NCBI GenBank assembly: GCA_032718475.1
Contig: JAUCBJ010000859.1
Location: 19,489-83,488, forward strand
Reading direction: 5' to 3'
Source of the DNA: Nemertoderma westbladi
Taxonomy: Eukaryota > Animalia > Xenacoelomorpha
Length of the DNA stretch: 64,000 bases
Shown: piece by piece, positions 36,545 to 45,505 of the stretch
Layout of the letters: each line of letters begins with the position of its first letter
Numbering within the stretch: the stretch's first letter is position 1
Translations under genes and position numbers: made by a program
The notes under the pieces: generated by a model
Database searches by the model: none
Told to the model about the DNA's origin: nothing
Seen by the model: only the letters and a program-made list of their open reading frames with translations

Positions 36545-36928
36545 ATGAATAGAATTGTGCAGAAATATCGTAACGAACTGGAATTTCTACGCAGCGCTAC
36601 CCCTCAACAAAGAACTTATTTTATTAACCATACCGCCAGTAACGAATTAATACGGCTCATTGTAAATACTGCATTAAATGTTCTAAAAGGTAATGTACAA
36701 TTGACCCCTCATTCATTTAGAAATATTCGCCGCTATAAGAAGGTATTGAAATCACTCAACCGTAAAACAAAAAATATATCAAGTTACAGAAAAAAGTTAA
36801 GCAATCAATCTGGAGGCATACTACTGTTTCTAATACCCTTACTCGGCATTGGTGCGAAACTCGCCGCGAGTGCCGGTGCCGCTGCCGCTGGGGCTGCTAT
36901 TGCGAAAAAAATTTACCGTGGACGGTAA
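36545..36928 (+). CDS. Small basic virion protein with QSGG cleavage-like site and hydrophobic tail
   Basis: ALNVLKGNV.L motif, K/R-rich, NQSGG-ILLFLIPLLG; typical position after the Polinton ATPase. Confidence 0.75.
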   Translation: MNRIVQKYRNELEFLRSATPQQRTYFINHTASNELIRLIVNTALNVLKGNVQLTPHSFRNIRRYKKVLKSLNRKTKNISSYRKKLSNQSGGILLFLIPLLGIGAKLAASAGAAAAGAAIAKKIYRGR

Positions 36929-36930
36929 TA

Positions 36931-37101
36931 ATGGTTAAAACGGGAGTAACATTTAGAAAATTATATTTAGTATCGAGTAAACCGTTAGCTGCTGATTTAA
37001 AACCACAAGATATACCTAGAGTAAATACTACAAAAAGAAAACCCTTTAAAACATCAACTTCGAAGAAAATAATTAAAAAATTTCAGTTGTTCTTACGGTG
37101 A
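36931..37101 (+). CDS. Small basic ORF (56 aa), below ORF-track cutoff
   Basis: ATG two bases after previous stop; MVKTGVTFRKLYLVSSKP...; RKLYLV resembles the N-terminus of a common Polinton ORF at this position. Confidence 0.45.
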   Translation: MVKTGVTFRKLYLVSSKPLAADLKPQDIPRVNTTKRKPFKTSTSKKIIKKFQLFLR

Positions 37102-37152
37102 TGCCCTTTATAAGAGATTTGAATATACATATTACTTGCGGTTGTCGAAAAG

Positions 37153-38243
37153 ATGCCTCGCAAGATGAAACCGATTTTAAGCCGAAGCTTAGACAAAAAA
37201 CTGTTAAGAATTTATTTAGATCCTTCATCCCCCGCGGGATTTGCAAGTGTTGCAAAATTAGCAAAAGCTGCAAACATCAAACCAGCGCAAGCCCAGAAAT
37301 GGTTGAGCAGACAAAAGACATACACCCTTCACGCTCCACGTAGACAACATTATCCAACATCTAAAATATTTACGGGAGGCATAAAAGATATATATATGAT
37401 AGATCTGGTGGATATGCAGCAATATAAGTCGCAAAATAATAATTATAACTATATATTAATGTGCATTGATGCCTTCAGTCGGCTTGCTTTTGGCTATGGT
37501 ATGAAAACAAAAAAGGGTGTTGAAATTATTAGTATATTGCAAAAAATATTCCAGAAAGGAAAACCAAACAGAATCGCCACGGATCAAGGTTCTGAGTTTC
37601 TAAATAAATCTGTAAGGAAATATTTAGATACGTTAGGTATACAGTATTACGTAATGTATTCTGTGAATAAGGCGGCTATTGTCGAGAGATTTAACAGAAC
37701 CTTAAAAACAAAGATGTTCAAAATTTTCACGCAAAGGGGAAATAATATTTGGATAAAAATTTTACCTAAGCTTATCTCAGCTTATAATAGGTCGTATCAT
37801 AGAACAATACAAATGACACCTATTGAAGTTAATAAATTTAATGAAACTGAATTAATGAATAGATTATATGGGAAATATAGACAGATAAATCACAAGAAAA
37901 TAAAATTTAAAGTTGGAGATACAGTACGATTATCTATTGCTCGTACTGCTTTTGCTAAAGGCTATCGAGAACAATGGACACATGAATTATTTATTATTCA
38001 TCGGGTCAGGTTGGATAGAGTACCAGCGGTAATGTTCGATATTAAGGACAGCACCGGAGCTATAATAAAGGGCTCATTTTATTCTCACGAACTCCAAAAG
38101 GTCCACCCGAATAGTAATATTTATCTAGCAATTGACAAAAAAATATTGGCAAACTTAAAGAACGTGTACGCAATGGGAAGAAAGAATATTTAGTCCGATT
38201 CATCGGATCCAAGAAACAGTCCTGGGTACAGCATATTCAATAA
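37153..38243 (+). CDS. int: Retroviral-like (rve) integrase; chromodomain in the -1 frame
   Basis: IDLVDM, TDQGSEF, ERFNRTLK (DDE), KFKVGDTVR, GSFY..ELQ; ORF stops at 38193 while 38145-38243 reads KERVRNGKKEYLVRFIG..SWV. Confidence 0.93.
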
Positions 38244-38491
38244 GCTTAGGTTTATACTGTATATTAATTCATTTTGGTCGCATATGACCGTAATTAATCA
38301 ATAATATTAACTCGAATGATATTACTATATCTATAGTTCATCCGCTTTAAATAAAGCCAGTAAAATATTGATCCCTCGCATATACTGTAGAAGATGCGGC
38401 AATGAACGTGGTCACAGATGTCTATAATTTAACATTATACTGTATGTACAAAGGAGTCAAGTAGAGAGAGCGAGCTTAAATAATAATAATA

Positions 38492-39364
38492 ATGGCCACA
38501 GATACATATATCACTCTACTTTCAGATAGCTCATTGAACACTTATCCCAATAATAATCCTAGTGAGTTTACTGTTGATTTAGCCGAAGAATTATATATTG
38601 GTCCAAATGCCAAAATTGGACTTGCCGAACTTCAATATCAAGCAACATACAGTAATATTACGCTGCAAACTCAAATTTCGCTGTCAATCGGGGTAGATGC
38701 AAAAGATGCCAAATTATATAGTTTATTTCCTGGTATGCATAACTCTATTCAAGTGATTATTGATGATATAAATAAACTGTTTAATTCTGAAGCGAAATAT
38801 AGAGATTTCGAATTCATTTTTAATACAAATAATTCTAGAATTAAATTTAAATTTCCTAAAAAGTTGAAAAAAATACAATTAAGTCTACGCGGCGATTTAA
38901 TACAAATTCTAGGCTTAAAACCGTTATTGGATCGGAATCATCCGGATATTCCAAATTGGGATATATACAGTACCACTACAGTAGATGAATTAAGCAATAT
39001 AGAACAACCGATATTAATTTTAAATTATAGTGGACCAAAAATTTCGGAAATTGGCATTTTAGATTTTCCAGCTCCCACAAATATAACACGTAATAAAGAT
39101 ACAATTTTCATATACACAGATATTATTAAGAGCTCATTTGTTGGCGACGCTTTAGCTCCGCTCTTAAGAACCTGCCCTTTAACGCAATTAAATCGAAAAT
39201 ATATTAATCACGAATACGAGAGCATTTGCTATTTCCCATTGTTGAATAAAAAACTAAAAACAATCTTAATTACTTTACGTGACGGCCAAGGCCAATTAAT
39301 TAACTTCAGCGGAGGTCGCACTGTTATAACACTTAAGTTAATACGGGGTGGCGGTGATGGATGA
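38492..39364 (+). CDS. Minor capsid (penton-like) protein 1
   Basis: YITLLSDSS..YPNN..S.F.V.L, IFIYTDII..VGD..PLLR, Y.PL, I.LRD..G..I.F..G. Confidence 0.88.
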   Translation: MATDTYITLLSDSSLNTYPNNNPSEFTVDLAEELYIGPNAKIGLAELQYQATYSNITLQTQISLSIGVDAKDAKLYSLFPGMHNSIQVIIDDINKLFNSEAKYRDFEFIFNTNNSRIKFKFPKKLKKIQLSLRGDLIQILGLKPLLDRNHPDIPNWDIYSTTTVDELSNIEQPILILNYSGPKISEIGILDFPAPTNITRNKDTIFIYTDIIKSSFVGDALAPLLRTCPLTQLNRKYINHEYESICYFPLLNKKLKTILITLRDGQGQLINFSGGRTVITLKLIRGGGDG

Positions 39365-40214
39365 GTTCTACGTTAGACTACCAAGTAATTCCTGTCCAAT
39401 TGATTTTCCCCGCAATAGCGCTAGTAATTATCAGATAAATTTCCACGGCGCCTTACCTATAAATCCAAACGAAAACTGGGTGGTAGGTATAAAAAGTATA
39501 TTTTACTTAGCAACGTTGCCGTCCATGTATAACAATGTAGAGAATGTTATTTTATTAAAAAAAGGGAAAAAAATTTTTGAGGATACACTTCCATCTGGTT
39601 TATTCTACAGTATCAATGACATTATAGATTATTTTAACACAGGGGCGTTGAAAGATAAATTACAAATAGTTGAAAATACTCAGCAAAATAGATTGCAATT
39701 TATTTTAGGGAAAACTGTGCGAGAGTTATTTATAGGCCAACTATTAGCCTATTATTTTGGAATTACTGAAAATAATCTCGGCGCGAATTTAAATCCAAAT
39801 TTTAAAATTATTTTGAAGACGAAAAATAATATAAAGGGTTATTTAATAAAGGTTATCGGAAATGGAGAAAAGGCTTACCAGATGGTATTTTTATGCCCTC
39901 AACCACCCAACTCTATTCCAGAACCTAAATCGAACATGTACGTGACTACTAATATAATTGAAAATCAATATATTAACGATTTTGGTTTAGCTTTACTTCG
40001 TCGTGTTGCGATACCTGATGATGTGAAATATGGTAGCGTAATAAATAAAGAATTTGTCAAGGATACAATTCATTATATCCCTGTAAAAAAATCATATAAG
40101 ATAACATACATTCATATTGAAATAACAGACAAAGAAGGAAAAGATTTGAATTTTGAATACGGCACAACTTCTATTACATTACACTTTAAACGAATAAATT
40201 CAAATGGATTCTGA
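39357..40214 (+). CDS. Minor capsid (penton-like) protein 2
   Basis: FYVRLPSNS..FP.N..S.Y, WVVGI, MYVTTNII..LLRRV, YIPV, I.I.ITD..G..L.F..G...ITLHFK. Confidence 0.85.
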   Translation: MDEFYVRLPSNSCPIDFPRNSASNYQINFHGALPINPNENWVVGIKSIFYLATLPSMYNNVENVILLKKGKKIFEDTLPSGLFYSINDIIDYFNTGALKDKLQIVENTQQNRLQFILGKTVRELFIGQLLAYYFGITENNLGANLNPNFKIILKTKNNIKGYLIKVIGNGEKAYQMVFLCPQPPNSIPEPKSNMYVTTNIIENQYINDFGLALLRRVAIPDDVKYGSVINKEFVKDTIHYIPVKKSYKITYIHIEITDKEGKDLNFEYGTTSITLHFKRINSNGF

Positions 40215-40764
40215 TTTATTTCAAAGATACAGTAAACCTCAATATGGGGGTTCAGACTCTAATCTTGCTGTTTTTAAAGGCGGAAGAAGTACCAGAGGCT
40301 CGACGCAAGTTCCTGTTTTTCGTGGTGGTTCATATATTGACCCTTACGGTCAACAAATTGGTGCATTTGGTCCAAACTTAAAACAACGTCGTTTTCAACG
40401 TTATCCTAGAGGTATGCGGGCAAATCAACACGGAGAAGGTATATTTACAGACGCTTTATCTACATTGAAAAAATTTGGTAAGCCATTAGCTAAAAAAGTT
40501 TTACAAAAAGCTTTACCATTTACCACAAAATTTATGAGACAACACGTAATACCAAAAGGTAAGCGGGTCTTACATCAGCAGGCTAATACGGTTATTAATA
40601 AAGCATTAAATAAAATGAAACCATCAACAAGATCGGTTGTAGAAAAAGTTTATAGAGATTTAAAGCGACCCGCTAGACCAATGTCTATGAACATACAACA
40701 TCGACGTAGTAAAAAGAGAAATATAAAAGGCAAACTGAAACACTGCGAAAAAAGTATTTTTTAA
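40204..40764 (+). CDS. Basic core/membrane-active virion protein (adenovirus pVII/pX-like role inferred)
   Basis: QYGG, VFKGG, VFRGG, QHGEG-IF motifs followed by amphipathic K-rich helix; lies between penton and MCP. Confidence 0.72.
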   Translation: MDSDLFQRYSKPQYGGSDSNLAVFKGGRSTRGSTQVPVFRGGSYIDPYGQQIGAFGPNLKQRRFQRYPRGMRANQHGEGIFTDALSTLKKFGKPLAKKVLQKALPFTTKFMRQHVIPKGKRVLHQQANTVINKALNKMKPSTRSVVEKVYRDLKRPARPMSMNIQHRRSKKRNIKGKLKHCEKSIF

Positions 40765-40766
40765 TA

Positions 40767-42026
40767 ATGTCAATTATTAAGGAATTAGATTTATTTTCTA
40801 CACAGCCAATACAGACTGAATTTAAAGCAAAGCATTATGAAACAATTTACCCCGTATCTAATCTCCGTAGTGAATCTAGGGAGGTCACGTTCCTTGTACC
40901 GAGATCCAATGAATTCTATACGAAACTGCAAGATGCGTTATTAATTACAAAATGTACTGTACGCTGGGATAGACGACTTGAAAACTCTCATATATATATG
41001 CTGAATTACCCAGCTGAAACTATGTGGAGTGATATTAAAATAGACCTTAATGAGAAGCAGGTTGAAAATAGCAATAACCATTATTTCTACAAGTCGTACT
41101 TATCCAATTTATTATTTACAACTTACGAGGATAAAAATGGGCTACTGGGTGCGGGTGGCTTTCATCAACCTTTATCTGAGCATGGAAATGAAATTGATCC
41201 CAACGCGCATCCTATTGCCGATGCCTTTAGTAAACAAATGCAATTTGTAAGTGGATTGACGATTGATTTTGATACTGAAACTAAAATAATACAACCCGGG
41301 TATGATTTAAGAATGCATTTTAGAAAAGTATCAAATTCGTTTATTTTTAAAATCACTCCAAACGCAAACGCTGTGACAAATCTTCGACTAGAATTAGATG
41401 AAATAAAGATTCTAATCCCTAGAATGGAGGTTAATCCTGTAATAGAAAGCAGTCACCTAAAAGGTTTAGAGAGTTACGATATTGAATATCAATTCCAAAA
41501 AAAGGAGGTGACAACATTTACTATTCCCGCTCAAACCACAAATTACACCCAAACAAACATATTTGATGGTAAAAAACCCAAATTAGTTATTATTGGCTTC
41601 ATAACAAATAACGCTTATTCGGGAGAATTAATTTGCAATCCCTTGAAATTTGAACATTTTAACCTTAGACGCGCGGAACTGATTGTAGACGGTCTTCCAG
41701 TAGGGGGTGTAATATACGAGCCTAATTTTACAGATGGAACATATATTTTTGAGTATACTCAATTAATGAAGAACATTAATACATATATTAACGGTTATGG
41801 AGGTAATAATATAGACCATGAAACCTACTTAGGTAATTGCCCCCTCCTATCCTGGGACCTAACCGCCGACGGGTATGTTAGAGATCCGCAACCCTCGATA
41901 TATACTAACGGCCAATTAAAATTAAGATTTGCCGAACCGTTGGTTGAAACCATAAATGTAATCGTTTTTAATATTTATGATCAATCATTAAGTTTAAATA
42001 GCAGGAAAGAAATACATATCGATTAA
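40767..42026 (+). CDS. Major capsid protein (double jelly-roll, PY)
   Basis: ELDLFS..PIQT, YKSYL..LL, IFDG..P..VIIGF..N.AYSG...NPLKFEHFNL, WDLT.D, L.LRFAEPL. Confidence 0.92.
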   Translation: MSIIKELDLFSTQPIQTEFKAKHYETIYPVSNLRSESREVTFLVPRSNEFYTKLQDALLITKCTVRWDRRLENSHIYMLNYPAETMWSDIKIDLNEKQVENSNNHYFYKSYLSNLLFTTYEDKNGLLGAGGFHQPLSEHGNEIDPNAHPIADAFSKQMQFVSGLTIDFDTETKIIQPGYDLRMHFRKVSNSFIFKITPNANAVTNLRLELDEIKILIPRMEVNPVIESSHLKGLESYDIEYQFQKKEVTTFTIPAQTTNYTQTNIFDGKKPKLVIIGFITNNAYSGELICNPLKFEHFNLRRAELIVDGLPVGGVIYEPNFTDGTYIFEYTQLMKNINTYINGYGGNNIDHETYLGNCPLLSWDLTADGYVRDPQPSIYTNGQLKLRFAEPLVETINVIVFNIYDQSLSLNSRKEIHID

Positions 42027-42028
42027 GT

Positions 42029-42484
42029 ATGTTATCTACAGAGGACCTTGATATGTTTCCAGTGGGTGGTCACTATTTGGGAGCGTTTCCAGCTAACAAA
42101 TTACCTAAATTAGATAATAATAATAAGCGGCGGGATTATGGGTTAATAGTAAATACCGATAAAGAGCATCTGCCTGGGATTCATTGGATCGCGATATATA
42201 TACGAGATAATGAGGCCGAAGTATTTGACTCGTTTGGACCAAAATATCCAAACAGATGCATCGAAAAATGGCTTGAGAAAAATTCCGCGAGGTGGCGTAC
42301 TACACGCAAACAATTTCAAGACCCCCGGAGGACCACATGCGGTCTGTACTGTCTTTATTATTTGGTAAATCGTATTCACACAATCTATCCAATGAGTGCG
42401 TTTACAAATAATGTGGAAATAAATGAAATTATATTATATAAATGGCTTGTTAATTATTATAAATTAAACCAACAAACTTTGTAA
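42029..42484 (+). CDS. Adenain-like cysteine maturation protease
   Basis: GAFPA..LP, VNTD..PG.HW, FDSFG, Q......CGLYC (His/Asp/Gln/Cys set). Confidence 0.92.
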   Translation: MLSTEDLDMFPVGGHYLGAFPANKLPKLDNNNKRRDYGLIVNTDKEHLPGIHWIAIYIRDNEAEVFDSFGPKYPNRCIEKWLEKNSARWRTTRKQFQDPRRTTCGLYCLYYLVNRIHTIYPMSAFTNNVEINEIILYKWLVNYYKLNQQTL

Positions 42485-42515
42485 TTAATTATTTAAGTTT
42501 TGTTTATCAGATAAA

Positions 42516-43025
42516 ATGGATAATATTATTTTTGTTGATTTTCAATATTATAAGATAGACAATAAAGAGTATCCGGTAGTATTTAAAGAATTTGCTATTT
42601 TCGATTCTAATTACAACAAAACTAATATAAAGACGTTTTTAATTAAAGGCCCACCTAATATTAAATTATCAGCATTAGATGCTGCCCACGTAAACAATTT
42701 ACGGGATATGACTTCTCACTTGCCCTGGAACTATGGAGACATTTCGCAAGACGACTTTAAAAAATATATGAAGAGACATTTAAAATATAAAAAAAATATT
42801 CATGTATTTGGGTTGATGAAGCGGGCAATATTAGTTTCCCAACTCGATGTTCTCGAGCCAAATTCGGTGGAGAAATTGGGAATATATAAGCAATATCACG
42901 ATTATTTAACCCCTTGTCGATTTCACGACCGATTCACTACAGTGGAAAGTAAATGCACGTTCCACTTAAACATAAGGGATAACTGTCTGCGATACTGCTC
43001 AGCAAAACGCGTTGGGGGGGTTTGA
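42516..43025 (+). CDS. DnaQ/DEDD exonuclease-like protein, possibly truncated at a G7 run
   Basis: IIFVDFQ..VFKEFAI, LPWNYGD, C..H..CS; removing one G at 43014-43020 extends the frame to 43116. Confidence 0.5.
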   Translation: MDNIIFVDFQYYKIDNKEYPVVFKEFAIFDSNYNKTNIKTFLIKGPPNIKLSALDAAHVNNLRDMTSHLPWNYGDISQDDFKKYMKRHLKYKKNIHVFGLMKRAILVSQLDVLEPNSVEKLGIYKQYHDYLTPCRFHDRFTTVESKCTFHLNIRDNCLRYCSAKRVGGV

Positions 43026-43483
43026 GGCTCTACACTTTTTCATGAGAAAGCGTTTAACTGCGACTGATGATGATGATAAACAGAAAGAAATAACTGCAGT
43101 GGAAGATGTACTGTAGGTTTACTCTAAGCATGTAATGTGATGGGATAATATAATTTTATTTTGGTGATGATCTTGATGTTAATATAAAAATATAATAAAA
43201 TATAATTTTTTTTACAACAAGTTCTCTAAAAGAGTCAATCGCGGTAGGTTAACCATGCACATTTAACAATATGACGTAGACGTAACATGTACAGTAAGTA
43301 TTCTCGATATCGTTCTAATATAGATATACTGGTATTGCGAAACATCCTATACATCGCAAACTAATAACACATACAGTAGTTGACTAGTAATATTAGTCAG
43401 AAATGCAACATAAACTGTATAGGATGTAGTGTTAACCTGTTGGTACCGGTACTGATAAATTCAATAATTTATTATAAGCCTAA

Positions 43484-44672
43484 CCACAACTGTTATCCGC
43501 TTTATCAGCACCGGTAGTGTTTTACTCTTCCAACACTGTAGTCACAGTCTACTGGTATCAGTACAGCAGTAATCTGAAGCAATAGCATACTGCTGTCATG
43601 ATCTGGATTACACGCAGGAGTCTCTCATATAGGGATTAGATCACCTATCCAAACAATACAGTACTGCAGTACTGTCGTTGTTCTTGATGTAACAGCATAA
43701 TCAGATAGAGCATACTGATTTCCTTTGATTAGCATTGTACCGCAGTACCAGTACTACAGTATTAATGTAACAGTACCCGCAGTAACAAACTAGGCTAATG
43801 TATACAATATCGTGAGTCAGTTACAATCAGATGTGTACGCAGTCAGCCACACTGCGAGGGATGTGGTCAACCTCGCAACTCCTATCCACAACTGTCATCC
43901 ATTTTATCAGTACAGCAGTAATCTGATGTAATAACATTTGTTTTTTTTTTTCAACTATAAGGATACTGCTGTCTACCCGAACCTTGATTAGCATACTGCT
44001 GTCATAACCTAGAAGGGACGCGTAGCTCTCACATATAGGGATTAGATCACCTATCCAAACAATACAGTACTGCAGTACTGTCGTTGTTCTTGATGTAACA
44101 GTATAGTCAGATAGAGCATGCTGATTTCCTTTAATTAGCATTGTACTGCAGTACGGTACTACAGTATTAATGTAACAGTACCCGCAGTAACAAACTAGGC
44201 TAATGTATACAATATCGTGAGTCAGTTACAATCAGATGTGTACGCAGTCAGCCACACTGCGAGGGATGTGGTCAACCTCGCAACTCCTATCTACAACTGT
44301 CATCCATTTTATCAGTACAGCAGTAATCTGATGTAATAACATTTGTTTTTTTTTTTCAACTATAAGGATACTGCTGTCTACCCGAACCTTGATTAGCATA
44401 CTGCTGTCATAACCTAGAAGGGACGCGTAGCTCTCACATATAGGGATTAGATCACCTACCCAAACAATACAGTACTGCAGTACTGTCGCTGTTCTTGATG
44501 TAACAGTATAATCAGATAGAGCATGCTGATTTCCTTTAATTAGCATTGTACTGCAGTACGGTACCGGTACCAGGGTATTAATGTAACAGTACCCGCAGTA
44601 ACAAACTGAGTCAATGTATACTTTATCGTGAGCCAGTTACAATCGGATGTGCGCGCAGTCAGCCACACTGCA
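43484..44672. repeat. Tandem array, 405 bp period, ~3 units
   Basis: 43827 and 44232 segments are near-identical 405 bp apart; first unit diverged and shorter. Confidence 0.92.
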
Positions 44673-44710
44673 GGGAAACGGTCCACCTTGCAGCCGTCTA
44701 GCCACCCTCA

Positions 44711-44870
44711 CAGTCAGCCTCGCGGCACGCAGTCAGCCTCGCAGTCAGCCTCGCGGCATGCAGTCAGCCTCGCAACCAGCCTCGCGGCACGCAGTCAGCC
44801 TCGTGGTCGGTCATGTAGTCAGCCTCGCGGCACGCAGCCAGCCACGCAGCTAGGCACGCAGTCAACCCGT
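44711..44870. repeat. GC-rich minisatellite CGCAGTCAGCCTCGCGGCA
   Basis: About 8-9 imperfect 11-19 bp units; core CGCAGTCAGCC also occurs in the 405 bp unit. Confidence 0.85.
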
Positions 44871-44959
44871 GAGAGTCATGCTTATTCAAACGAGGTTAGT
44901 TTTCCCTAACTACCGATTGATTGATTGATTGAAAAATAATAATGTTTAATTTTCACCTT

Positions 44960-45505
44960 CTAATCACCAACACCTAAAGTCACAACACCAAACATTAATA
45001 AATAATTAACAAGTTTACTAAATATAGGGTAATAAATGTGAAATTTGCTAGGTGAACACATTAAAGTACATTTACCGGTATGAAAGCAGCAAATGACTAC
45101 GGTATTATTTATTCTTATTTTGCAATTATTAAAAATTTCAGGTTCATATATAACTTGAAGTTGCACATTATCAAAGACAACATAAAACCCTGTATTGTTT
45201 ATCAATAACCTATAGACTACAGACTTAATACTAAAAATATAAGTACATAAATTAACAGATTTTAAAATCAAATTAATACTAGTTTTATCAAATATATGTT
45301 TTTTTACTTTTTGGAAATTATACTTACTGCCTAATAATGTAATACGACCATTTTTAAATATTAATAATGTGGCACCAAATATCTTATATATAAACTGATT
45401 TGGTTTGAGTATGTGTTTACCAGATAATTGATTTTTTAATTCTTTCAAATTAATTGCTGACACTTGCTGGCAACTTACATTCTTATTGACTATCTGATAG
45501 TTCAT
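44960..45505 (-). CDS. Divergent TATA-binding protein (TBP)-fold protein
   Basis: Two-repeat pattern in 181 aa: IVN..SC...INLKEL...TLLIFKNGRITLLGSK and VNL...YEPEIF..C.IR...ICCFHTGKCTL, matching TBP TALIFSSGK.VCTGAK / YEPELFPGLIYR..LLIFVSGKV. Confidence 0.8.
   Translation of the reverse strand: MNYQIVNKNVSCQQVSAINLKELKNQLSGKHILKPNQFIYKIFGATLLIFKNGRITLLGSKYNFQKVKKHIFDKTSINLILKSVNLCTYIFSIKSVVYRLLINNTGFYVVFDNVQLQVIYEPEIFNNCKIRINNTVVICCFHTGKCTLMCSPSKFHIYYPIFSKLVNYLLMFGVVTLGVGD

Noticed and set aside
43827-44546. Two 104 aa ORFs in the 405 bp array; possible CRISPR-like or ribozyme array
   Set aside because: ORFs are by-products of the repeat, there are no unique spacers, and no complete hammerhead or HDV core was found
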